Origin: Patescibacteria group bacterium
GTDB taxonomy: Bacteria; Patescibacteriota; Dojkabacteria; J137
Reading direction: 5' to 3'
Length of the DNA stretch: 64,000 nucleotides
Assembly (NCBI GenBank): GCA_963169855.1
Contig: CAUJCN010000002.1
Span: forward strand, 267,288 to 331,287
The position numbers and the translations under genes were made by a program. Under the pieces are notes generated by a model, which was not told the DNA's origin, ran no database searches, and saw only the letters and a list, made by a program, of their open reading frames with translations. Shown here piece by piece: positions 31,301 to 37,865 of this stretch (the first letter of the stretch is position 1; each line of letters begins with the position of its first letter).

Positions 31301-32877
31301 CTAATGGATTCTACACAGTCGACATTACTAATCCAGCAACTCCTACTTTAGTACATACTGTCGCGGGCTTAGGAGGAGCTCCAGTAACTCCAGAAATCAG
31401 TGGAAAAAACCTGTATCTATTCGGAACAACTGGTGTTGGATTAAGAGTTTACGACATATCTAGTCCTGCTGTACCACAGTTTGTCGGAACAACTTCAACA
31501 GGATTTCAAATCCCTTCAGGAAAGATTCAAGGAAGATATGCCTATGCTTCTGACACAACAAACACCGCACTTCGGGTATTAGATCTTGGTGGAGCTTACG
31601 TTCAGCAGTTAGAAGCTAGCGGAGTTGAAACCGATAGTGTTGTGGCAAGAGGAGATGTTACTGCAAATAGCGGTATATTTAAGAACGGAATTAGTGTAAG
31701 TAACTCAATGAATGTACTAGGTGATTCAAATGTTAGAGGGAAACTAACAGTTGGATTAAATAATGCTGGTCCGGCTTCCGGAGTATTCCAAGAAGGATCT
31801 GGATACGCATTCTCTGTAATGGCTGGACCAAACCCAGTATCTACAGAAAACGCGATTGCCGCGTTTACAAACCTAAACCCAGCCAACTCTTTGAACAATA
31901 CCGTAATGAGACTAAGCATGGGAGCTACTCCTACTGGAGGAAACACAAACCCAAGATTTATTAGATTCTTTGCAGGATTATCTACAGGAGACACAGGAGG
32001 AACTGCAGTTGGAAGTATTAGTTTGAATGGTGCTTCCGGAGTATCATTTAATACATCTGGAGCTGACTTTGGAGAATACTATACAATCGTTGACGATGCA
32101 CAGGTTGGGGAAATTGTAGCTGTAACAAGAGATGGAAACCGAAGAGGAGTAAAAGGAGAAAAGATCCTAGGAGTTGTTTCTGATACTGCAGGTTTCGTTG
32201 GAAACAGTATCGAATATACTTCTGAAGGAGAAATTCCAGCTGATCGAAAGATTGTAGGATTGTTAGGACAAATGAAAGTTAAAGTAAACGGCGAGTCTGG
32301 AGCAATTGAAGCAGGAGACTTTGTAGCACTATCCTCTACTGCTGGAGTTGGAATGAAAGCTACTGCAAACGGAATGGTATTAGGGAAAGCTATGGAATCA
32401 TCAACTTGCGATACAGCTGGGTGCGAAAGCACAATTATGATTGCTGTACAGCCAACTTGGTATGTTCCAGAATTAGAGGGATTATTAATGGGAGAATCGA
32501 ATGGTGACTCTGAAGAATCAGATACACCTATATCATCTATTTCTATGGAACAAATTGTAAGTTACTTAACCGAAAATACCTTAGAAATTTTAAAGACAAA
32601 CAACTTAACTGTAAACTCAAGATTCAATTTAAACGGCAGTCTTTACCTTAGTGGAAACAATACTGGAAGAACTGTAATTCCTGTTGGTCAAACATCTGTT
32701 ACAGTTAACTTTGCTTCGGTGTTCGAAGGTTTGCCAAATGTTGTATTAACTCAGAACAGCTTTATTGAGGGAAAGTACAGAGTAACTAATGTAACAAATA
32801 CTGGATTTACAATTGAACTAGAAAATATACAGGTTTCTGATGTAGAATTTACGTGGTTAGGTTATGGTACATTATGA
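25378..32877 (+). CDS. giant cell-surface protein: Hep_Hag (YadA-head-like) repeats + three LVIVD beta-propeller blocks + phage-tail-fibre-like intramolecular chaperone domain + H-type-lectin-like C-terminus
   Basis: 2499-aa uninterrupted ORF, Gly/Ser/Thr/Asn-rich.
- Hep_Hag-like 'NSVAIGTSVSATAQSAIAMGANSTASGQSSTAIGFFNNVSGFNSTAVGFNN', seen twice.
- Duplicated module '(S/R)IYFD..TN.F.CSENGGAYFDCFG' at 27185-27265 and 28056-28133.
- More than 20 LVIVD-type blades, e.g. 'GRYAYTANDNSSITIFDITNPSAPVLIST'.
- Three homologous spacer modules, e.g. 'HGIETTSILAHSVESGQLNVDG', 'NGVETSTLVAHSAQAGQLVVQ' and 'GGAYVQQLEASGVETDSVVARG'.
- C-terminal 'GADFGEYYTIVDDAQVGEIVAVTRDGNRRGVKGEKILGVVSDTAGFVGNS' is Peptidase_S74/G2-like.
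- C-terminal 'FASVFEGLPNVVLTQ...YRVTNVTNTGFTIELEN...FTWLGYG' is H_lectin-like. Confidence 0.85.
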   Translation: MNSEPEIYDTNLCAIDFSSTAPNNLLTEIIGVRQVLVSGVCNGVNQDAPAGPDEDEQTLSFNPLTNTLSILNGNSVVIPLGTGTTVQNNSYPTNISNPISGLTQVNTGNGLMGGPITSSGTIEVDAPTCAGTDKLQWNGTAFVCSPDIMGGGVNSVTASGPILSSGGTTPNISLAACPAGQSYVHDGSNWVCQAAPTAITVQNGLTDIGGGIVELGGSNPLLHDTDIISDGNNLNFTGTGRFGIGTNTPEFKLDIDNDGVNGGGIIARGTFGSGATLTTNGAGERLIWDPATGAFRAGGVSGNQWDLANIGIYSFAAGQDNLVSGSHSAAFGSGNNVAGNNSFASGTANSVLSNFSNVFGLANTVNGAFATAMGLSSSATGTAAFASGSSAAATGNNSVAIGTSVSATAQSAIAMGANSTASGQSSTAIGFFNNVSGFNSTAVGFNNQLNSDNGFAFGYQNTQAAAIGDAYLFGLANTANSGTAVLVGTNNVANGGTSVVAGFQNTTNGQFSNIFGRLSTTTGDFSSAFGTGLTSQGYSQTVLGRYNVASGTQGSLVQTDEGLVFGNGTSLGNESNAFSISWQGRTTMYGTSAIVPVSPAAAGSIYFDANTNTFQCSENGGAYFDCFGGSAAGVTDINGESGSITLSGDSPITVGNVGPAFSVGLAPCASNQTYVYVAGNWLCSDENLLYYDESNNVPGVEAAATGTNAVAIGDSATAGGNFSTAIGWATSANGFRSQAYGMANTAGATATNSQLFGFNNNIDTFDTVSVGWSNTSTNGGELNIFGRNNTVNGADSTVVGYNNTTTFGFSEQYLYGSNLTSSADNTHVFGNGITNNVANSLMVGPNSSNILSMLSTGEMGFGNIDPTSRVDISGALTMRGMPAPGLSPLGQGRIYFDSTANEFLCSENNGAYFDCFGAAAGVTSVTAGLGMVNSGTASDPILDVQAVNAVRIDATNDAVMFGGPVNSGLAPLIENTQVPQAGFSLAFLGNTAGDMFGIGTNSTGTNLNERLDVVGNIENIADVSLNPEFITTTATASSPTSIQVVGNRAYVTNQSSSNIQAFDVSDPSTPTSEYIIGTNSQSLNFIASSGRYIYGAGRTSGVFQVIDTYNNGVAFNTVKGTLVFTGFQITGIAQSGNNVIVILDDLAAGNNDFLAIVDVSNPSYPRETGRIAFGVNTNPNAVDVQGGIAYVALSSPTNQVRAVDVNVTEAPTLYPVYSAPICNASNTIKVYGKFAFVGCVGSAQISIIDISNPNVAAPATVATINAGGPVSEVEVSGRYLFATVAGIDELRMWDIRLPSSPTLIGNVSTGGTTPSSLDVSGRHVYVTNQVTNTMAVIDIHGIETTSILAHSVESGQLNVDGETNLFGRVNIASNASVGSNLHVGGDVGVTGNISTLINGSMTPSRIGNLDLAPGNNTDFVLNGNYAYIIDQTGSALRVINISNPALPVAVGVPISTGLGSSPRSIAMAGRYAYTANDNSSITIFDITNPSAPVLISTFAIPTTTGLREIIATDRYLYATGLTSNAVFAIDVSNPRAPRIVSTVTVCTDPTNLAMQEKYLVVGCSQAIADNVQIWDYSNILSPSFVSSISVAAPGPLAVVDLDIQGNFIYTVTTNGIQIHNISTITTPVTDFASGTFFGGAPVVMSSVLANGRYVYATMGNGPAGNAVWFAVDITSSVLPRIVSATFSTTAMHNRALIVRGKNVYTVNNNPLSNSIEIFDVNGVETSTLVAHSAQAGQLVVQNDASIVGNLTVAGGTTFAGNVGVNGDATINGQLNVTGRNPVSVGLTNVGMSPSAVTTSGRYLYMGSFTGGRIFDISDPTAPILLSSPAMPTTSRAIIQGHYIYTSFGTTFTLSSIANPNTPVVLSNLTLSVANRAFDIQGKYAYMMKSNGEMDIIDISSTQTMNIISSTMISPGTMNDIKVRGRYVYITHPTSTSLIIYDISNPLAPVSVGSVVLPSVGNRIALRESYAYVTHTNGFYTVDITNPATPTLVHTVAGLGGAPVTPEISGKNLYLFGTTGVGLRVYDISSPAVPQFVGTTSTGFQIPSGKIQGRYAYASDTTNTALRVLDLGGAYVQQLEASGVETDSVVARGDVTANSGIFKNGISVSNSMNVLGDSNVRGKLTVGLNNAGPASGVFQEGSGYAFSVMAGPNPVSTENAIAAFTNLNPANSLNNTVMRLSMGATPTGGNTNPRFIRFFAGLSTGDTGGTAVGSISLNGASGVSFNTSGADFGEYYTIVDDAQVGEIVAVTRDGNRRGVKGEKILGVVSDTAGFVGNSIEYTSEGEIPADRKIVGLLGQMKVKVNGESGAIEAGDFVALSSTAGVGMKATANGMVLGKAMESSTCDTAGCESTIMIAVQPTWYVPELEGLLMGESNGDSEESDTPISSISMEQIVSYLTENTLEILKTNNLTVNSRFNLNGSLYLSGNNTGRTVIPVGQTSVTVNFASVFEGLPNVVLTQNSFIEGKYRVTNVTNTGFTIELENIQVSDVEFTWLGYGTL

Positions 32878-33560
32878 ACAAAACTCCAACGCTTACATTA
32901 AACTCAAAAAAGCCTTCATCGATGCCTCCATCAAAAGGTTCAAGAAATCTTAATCAAATTAGAAACTTGTTCATTTTGGTTTTAGTTTTTATTCTTGGAG
33001 GAGCAACTATTTATTTTTACCTGAACTCAAGAAGTACAGGAAATGGAAACCTATCTGATTCTGAAATTCAGGTAATAAAAGAGAAGCTTACAAAGAATAT
33101 TATTGTCGAAGGAATTGAAAATTATGATGTTGGTTTGATTAAAGATATTGAAGCTCTCAAAGAAAGTAATCCACTGTTTTTTAAGAATGCGGAAAATGGT
33201 GATGCATTGATAGTATCTACTACACAAGCAATTATTTTTCGACCTGGTAACGAAATGATTATTAATGTTGGTCCAATTACAGATGATAGATCAAAAGTTA
33301 GAATAGAACTTAGAGCTACTTCGGATTCTGCAAACTTAGACGTAATTGAAAGAACAATTGAAGAATCAAATTCAAACTTTATAGTTGTAGGAAAATCAAC
33401 AACTACCACTACAGGAATAACCCCTGGGATTGTTCTTCAGTCTTACTTCGACGATGCTGGAATTAATCAACTTTCTTCTATATTGAATTTACAAATCAAG
33501 GATTCACTGCCTCAAGAAGAAACAAACTTCTCTAGTGCAGATATTTTGATTTATCTATAA
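32874..33560 (+). CDS. membrane-anchored protein translationally coupled to the giant surface protein gene
   Basis: ATG 32874 overlaps the TGA stop 32875-32877 (ATGA). 'MNKTPTLTLNSKKPSS...IRNLFILVLVFILGGATIYFYL' is a signal anchor followed by an extracytoplasmic domain. The track ORF starts 21 nt earlier, inside the giant ORF. Confidence 0.55.
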   Translation: MNKTPTLTLNSKKPSSMPPSKGSRNLNQIRNLFILVLVFILGGATIYFYLNSRSTGNGNLSDSEIQVIKEKLTKNIIVEGIENYDVGLIKDIEALKESNPLFFKNAENGDALIVSTTQAIIFRPGNEMIINVGPITDDRSKVRIELRATSDSANLDVIERTIEESNSNFIVVGKSTTTTTGITPGIVLQSYFDDAGINQLSSILNLQIKDSLPQEETNFSSADILIYL

Positions 33561-33561
33561 A

Positions 33562-34017
33562 CTACACTTGAATACCGTAAGCCAATTTTAATTCTACTGG
33601 TAGATTGTAATCTGCTATCCAGACTCTTCTGTCTCTTTTTTCGATTTTTACAGGTAATTTTAGAGGTTCTGGTGTACCAAATTTAAATAGTGTTGCGTAT
33701 CTTTTCCCTGACATTCTTTTAGTAACTCTTTCAACATGAGCTTCATCTACCATCCCTATTTCTTCCATAACATTCAAAAAAATATCTCTAATTTGATCAG
33801 GATGTATGATTTCAAGAAATTCTACTTCTGTGACTGGAATTCTGCCAACAACTGGACCTCCGGTTTCTTTAATGTAAATATAATCTCCAGCATTCAATTT
33901 TTTATAAGGAGCAATTCTGTTATAACTCCATTTAATATCTAAAGTTTTCTCTCCGTTCATCATAAGATCTATGTAATCTCTGCTTCGATTTCTGGAATAA
34001 ATTGCTAAATGATTCAT
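33562..34017 (-). CDS. ASCH (PUA-like) domain protein
   Basis: 151 aa. 'DLMMNGEKTLDIKWSY...LNAGDYIYIKETGGPVVGRIPVTEVE' resembles the ASCH beta-barrel (GxKxxExR-like motif). Confidence 0.45.
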   Translation of the reverse strand: MNHLAIYSRNRSRDYIDLMMNGEKTLDIKWSYNRIAPYKKLNAGDYIYIKETGGPVVGRIPVTEVEFLEIIHPDQIRDIFLNVMEEIGMVDEAHVERVTKRMSGKRYATLFKFGTPEPLKLPVKIEKRDRRVWIADYNLPVELKLAYGIQV

Positions 34018-34018
34018 A

Positions 34019-34264
34019 CTATTTGAACTTAATATTATCTTGTATTATTTTAATTCTTTCGTGCAACTCTTGCATACGAATTGAAAAATCTACTGCAGAT
34101 CTATTTTCTACGCTTATACTAGCCATTGCATTCCCTATTTGACATGACTTATGAATATCGTGACCTTCTAATAAACCTGAAACAAATCCCGATCTCCACA
34201 TATCTCCTGCTCCAGTTGGGTCCACAACTCTTGTATTGAAAGCAGAATTTCCATCGTATTAGTC
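34019..34264 (-). pseudogene. remnant of a PfkB-family carbohydrate kinase (C-terminal ~80 codons only)
   Basis: Contains PfkB signature 2, '...NSAFNTRVVDPTGAGDMWRSGFVSGLLEGHD...' (DTxGAGD). Only about 33 nt separate it from the next gene, so the N-terminal ~220 aa of a normal PfkB kinase are absent. Confidence 0.55.
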
Positions 34265-34837
34265 TTCAAAAATACGTCTGTACTCTTTTGCAACCAATCT
34301 TCTCATTAACTCGGCTTTGCTTATATCAAGTTCTTCACAAAGTTGTTCTAGTTGTTTTAGAGTTGTTGATCTTAAAATAATGTTGAATCTTTTTTTTGGA
34401 GGTTCAAGATTTTCTATGTATTTTTCCAATACGAGTGCCAAATCTTTTACTGTCTTATAGGTTTTTACTGTAATCATATCTTCACCATATGAAAGCAAGT
34501 TATCTGGGAAATTTTTATACTCTTCTTCTCTTATGACACAAATGACAGGAACTTTATTTTCCAATGCCATTATTGTTTGCAAGAAAACAGTCCTCGATTT
34601 TTCAGAGAACTCCGCTACAATAAAATCAACAGATCTTATAAGTTTATTTGTCCCATCTACAAGTGTTTTCATTTTTGCTTCGAGATCGCTTTGCTCCATT
34701 GGATAATTATCAACTAACCACGGCTGATACATTTCTAATCCCATACCTCTTAAAGTAGAAGCAATAGTTTTGTATGTATCGATATTTCTATCTAGGTTTT
34801 TAATTGTAGCTACTAAAGCAACCTTATTTGGTCTCAT
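34259..34837 (-). CDS. nucleoside 2-deoxyribosyltransferase-like domain fused to C-terminal ribbon-helix-helix (CopG/Arc-like) domain
   Basis: 192 aa. The N-terminus 'KVALVATIKN...LVDGTNKLIRSVDFIVAEFSEKSRTVFLQTIMALENKVPVICV' resembles the NDT/flavodoxin-like nucleotide-binding fold. The C-terminus 'FNIILRSTTLKQLEQLCEELDISKAELMRRLVAKEY' is an RHH motif. Confidence 0.4.
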   Translation of the reverse strand: MRPNKVALVATIKNLDRNIDTYKTIASTLRGMGLEMYQPWLVDNYPMEQSDLEAKMKTLVDGTNKLIRSVDFIVAEFSEKSRTVFLQTIMALENKVPVICVIREEEYKNFPDNLLSYGEDMITVKTYKTVKDLALVLEKYIENLEPPKKRFNIILRSTTLKQLEQLCEELDISKAELMRRLVAKEYRRIFED

Positions 34838-35645
34838 CTTTATAAAAGTAATTAAATATTAGATAGTTATAGAGTCTATGTGGAAGAAATCTTTTAGCCC
34901 ATAAGATTCTTCTGTCTCTTTTCTGAAAAAAGTAGTTATCTCTTGGATTATTCATTAACCAGATTAACTCTCTAGCAGCTTGCTCTGAAGTAACATAATC
35001 CTTAAAAAAGAATCTAAAACGTCTTTTCCAAGATTCATATAAAGTTGAGTAAGCTGTTTGTGCAATGTTACCACTTTCCTTAATATTTTTTCCAAAACTG
35101 CTATAAACACTTCCTGGCGAAAATATACTGATTTGAATTCCGAAACCTCTTACTTCATTTCTTAGTACGTTACTTATCTTATCCAAAGCACTTTTCGTTG
35201 CTGCGTAAAATCCCAGAGTTGGTGTATCGACAACTGATCCAATCGAACTCACATTAATAATATGTCCGCTATTACTTTCTCTCATTGAAGGTAGTACTTT
35301 TTGAATTAGCTGAATGGGTGCAATAACATTAACGCTTAATTGCGACTGCATTTCAGCAAGATCCATATCCTCTACAGTACTACGAAAGGCAAAACCTGCA
35401 TTGTTTATTAAAATATCTATTTTGTTATAATCTTTTAATACTTTATCTAGATTTTTAGAAGCTCCAACAATATCATTCAGGTCGATTTCAAAGAATTTAT
35501 AATTCTTTACTGAAAATTCTTTTATATTGTTCCTTCCTATTCCTAGAAATAAGTAGTCAGAAAATTGCGAACACGCAATCCTTATGAAAGATTCACCTAT
35601 TCCACTACTTACTCCTGTTATTAATACAACTTTTGAGTAACTCAT
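34824..35645 (-). CDS. short-chain dehydrogenase/reductase (SDR)
   Basis: 'VVLITGVSSGIGES' (TGxxxGIG) and 'YAATKSAL' (YxxxK). Confidence 0.8.
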   Translation of the reverse strand: MSYSKVVLITGVSSGIGESFIRIACSQFSDYLFLGIGRNNIKEFSVKNYKFFEIDLNDIVGASKNLDKVLKDYNKIDILINNAGFAFRSTVEDMDLAEMQSQLSVNVIAPIQLIQKVLPSMRESNSGHIINVSSIGSVVDTPTLGFYAATKSALDKISNVLRNEVRGFGIQISIFSPGSVYSSFGKNIKESGNIAQTAYSTLYESWKRRFRFFFKDYVTSEQAARELIWLMNNPRDNYFFQKRDRRILWAKRFLPHRLYNYLIFNYFYKDETK

Positions 35646-36574
35646 AAACTTTTAGCTAGATCGTAAAGTATTCCACTTGAAATATTATTATTACTTGGAA
35701 CAATTATTCTACAATTTAGATACTCTGAAATCTGAAATATATTCATTAAGGCTTTATCAGCCGCCCACATATAGTATGGTTCTTTTTCATACATTGGCAT
35801 TCTATCTTCGTAGGAAAGTGCGATAATCTTATCGTACAAAGGTCTTAGCTTTGCTACATCTATTGAGTAAGGATGATCTCCTTGCAATCCTTCTCTATCT
35901 TCCAAATCCACATTCATAGTTTCTAGAAATTCAATAATGTTTGTAGTTCCATAAACAATCACCTTTGGGTTTCTTTTAGATTCACCTAAACCTTTTAGTT
36001 CCGTTCTAACATAGTCAATCGCTGTTTGTAATTCTTCTGCAGCAGGATGATGACTTTCTGAAAATTCTTCCTGCATAAAATAGGTTCCGCTTTTGAATAA
36101 GTATGTTTCGTGAATCTTGGTATTTTCTCCTATTACAACTTGAACACTTCCTCCTCCAATATCTGCTACAGCTATCTCTTGATCTGGAAAGTCTTTAGAA
36201 ACAGATTCAAATAAAAGTCTTGCTTCATCTTTTTGAGATAGTACTTCTAATTTAATTCCAGTAGATTCTTCTATTCTATTTAAAACTTCTTCAGAATTAG
36301 TGGCTTTTCTAATCGCTTCAGTAGTAACTGCTAAATACTTCTCTACTTTATATTCAGTCATTTTGTCTTTGAACATGTTCAAAGCTTCTATTGTTTTAAG
36401 GATTGATTTCTCGATAATCATGTTATTCGTTTTAGGTAAATCTCTACCCATTACGGTTAATTGTTTATCTTTGTACAGCACTTTAGAATTAAAGTTTTCA
36501 TCGAATTCTCGAATTTCGAATTTCGATTTTAGAGTCCCAACATCAATGACTGCGACAATTTTTTTAGATTCCAT
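35642..36574 (-). CDS. Ppx/GppA family phosphatase (exopolyphosphatase / pppGpp phosphohydrolase-like)
   Basis: 310 aa with an actin-like ATPase fold: 'VAVIDVGTLKSKFEI' (phosphate 1) and 'IAVADIGGGSVQVV' (phosphate 2). Confidence 0.6.
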   Translation of the reverse strand: MESKKIVAVIDVGTLKSKFEIREFDENFNSKVLYKDKQLTVMGRDLPKTNNMIIEKSILKTIEALNMFKDKMTEYKVEKYLAVTTEAIRKATNSEEVLNRIEESTGIKLEVLSQKDEARLLFESVSKDFPDQEIAVADIGGGSVQVVIGENTKIHETYLFKSGTYFMQEEFSESHHPAAEELQTAIDYVRTELKGLGESKRNPKVIVYGTTNIIEFLETMNVDLEDREGLQGDHPYSIDVAKLRPLYDKIIALSYEDRMPMYEKEPYYMWAADKALMNIFQISEYLNCRIIVPSNNNISSGILYDLAKSL

Positions 36575-37865
36575 AGAGCATTCTTTTTAATAAATAAAAT
36601 CTTTTCCCTATATCCGCGTTTAGATTTGAACCATAAACAGCATTCAAAACTACATCAGGAAATAGATTGAAAGTTATTCTAAAATCTAACCCTCGGTCGA
36701 TGGTAATTACTTCAAACTTTGTATTGCTGAATTTTATTAATTTCAAAGCACTATTCAAATTTTCCAATCTATTGGGATTCTCTTTGGATTGAAGACATAA
36801 AACAACCTGATCTCCTATATAGTTCTCCCATTCCAGAACATCCTCAATAATATCTCTGACATCAAGACCAAAATATAGAGAGCTTCTTTTAAGGAATTCT
36901 TTGTCAAACTGTTCGTAATTGTCTCTATTTATATGCAGAAAAACTGATGAATTTTCCGGTATATCAGATTTTATTTCTGCCTGAATTTCTTGGAATCCAG
37001 TTAATGTAGAAGCAAAAATATGAACCTGTACGGGAATATGAGAATTGTACTCATTTAAATACTTTAGTACAGATTTCGTTGTATTTAAGTCTGTTTTTGG
37101 ACCAATTACACCTTCAGAAATATCAACATGTACAAGATCTACTCCACTTTGAAGAGCTTCATTTAAAGATTCGCGGTTTTTTTGATTAATGTCTAATGCT
37201 ACAAATCCAATTCCATTTACAACAGGTTTATCCGTATATCCTAACTTATGTACTAATTGTTTTAATTTTGTATAATTTATATTCTCAGTCTTACTTGCAT
37301 TGTCTGATTTGACAGAAGACTGAACATCAAAACCAATTACATTTAACTCTAGATAATTATCAATATTTTTAGCTCCAATTCCTCCAGCTAAAAATATTTT
37401 ATTTGAATCTATTTTTTGTAAAAGACTCATAGCATTTTCTTTACCAATTTCTAATCCTGTTCCACCCATAAATGATTTATCAAGGATTACATAATCTGCA
37501 TCATCTGATATAGTAAAACCTAATGATTGTGTAGATACGACTTGGAAAATTATTAATCCTTGCTCGAATTCTGTTCGCAGTGCCCTTATTTGTGGGTACG
37601 AATCTTCATAGTGTAGCTGTACACCATCAAACTCAAACTCCTTCACCAGTTTCTTAATTACAGAAATATCTCTTTCTTTTGTTACCAAAATAGATTTAGA
37701 TTCTTTATAGTAATTTTTAAGTTCTTTTGTGCAAGCTTTAATTTGATGCATTCTTAAAAAATCATTGTCAGAGATAAGGTGATAACCTAAAAATGGCACC
37801 TGCATTCTACCTAGCGTCCTAGTTTCATATATATTTTTAACATTACATACTTTTAATTTTTTCAT
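36564..37865 (-). CDS. two-TIM-barrel fusion protein: phosphoribosylanthranilate-isomerase-like N-half + ribulose-phosphate-3-epimerase-like C-half
   Basis: 433 aa. The N-half 'DGVQLHYED...DYVILDKSFMGGTGLEIGKE...FLAGGIGAKNIDNYL...GFDVQSSVKS' resembles TrpF. The C-half 'GVDLVHVDISEGVIGPKTDLNTTKSVLKYLNEYNSHIPVQVHIF' resembles RPE. Confidence 0.4.
   Translation of the reverse strand: MKKLKVCNVKNIYETRTLGRMQVPFLGYHLISDNDFLRMHQIKACTKELKNYYKESKSILVTKERDISVIKKLVKEFEFDGVQLHYEDSYPQIRALRTEFEQGLIIFQVVSTQSLGFTISDDADYVILDKSFMGGTGLEIGKENAMSLLQKIDSNKIFLAGGIGAKNIDNYLELNVIGFDVQSSVKSDNASKTENINYTKLKQLVHKLGYTDKPVVNGIGFVALDINQKNRESLNEALQSGVDLVHVDISEGVIGPKTDLNTTKSVLKYLNEYNSHIPVQVHIFASTLTGFQEIQAEIKSDIPENSSVFLHINRDNYEQFDKEFLKRSSLYFGLDVRDIIEDVLEWENYIGDQVVLCLQSKENPNRLENLNSALKLIKFSNTKFEVITIDRGLDFRITFNLFPDVVLNAVYGSNLNADIGKRFYLLKRMLYGI

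Noticed and set aside
24982-32877. Alternative genetic code (UGA=Gly, code 25) to explain the in-frame TGA.
   Set aside because: Multi-kilobase ORFs (7.5 kb, 1.9 kb, 1.7 kb) contain no in-frame TGA. TGA terminates several clearly complete genes: the M23 peptidase, the second XRE-HTH gene 675..1418, fbaB and the giant gene itself. The standard code fits.
25378-32877. Repetitive DNA in the giant gene, considered as a CRISPR array or mobile-element repeat.
   Set aside because: The repeats are imperfect, in frame and protein-coding (LVIVD/Hep_Hag blades). There is no spacer-repeat periodicity and no cas genes.
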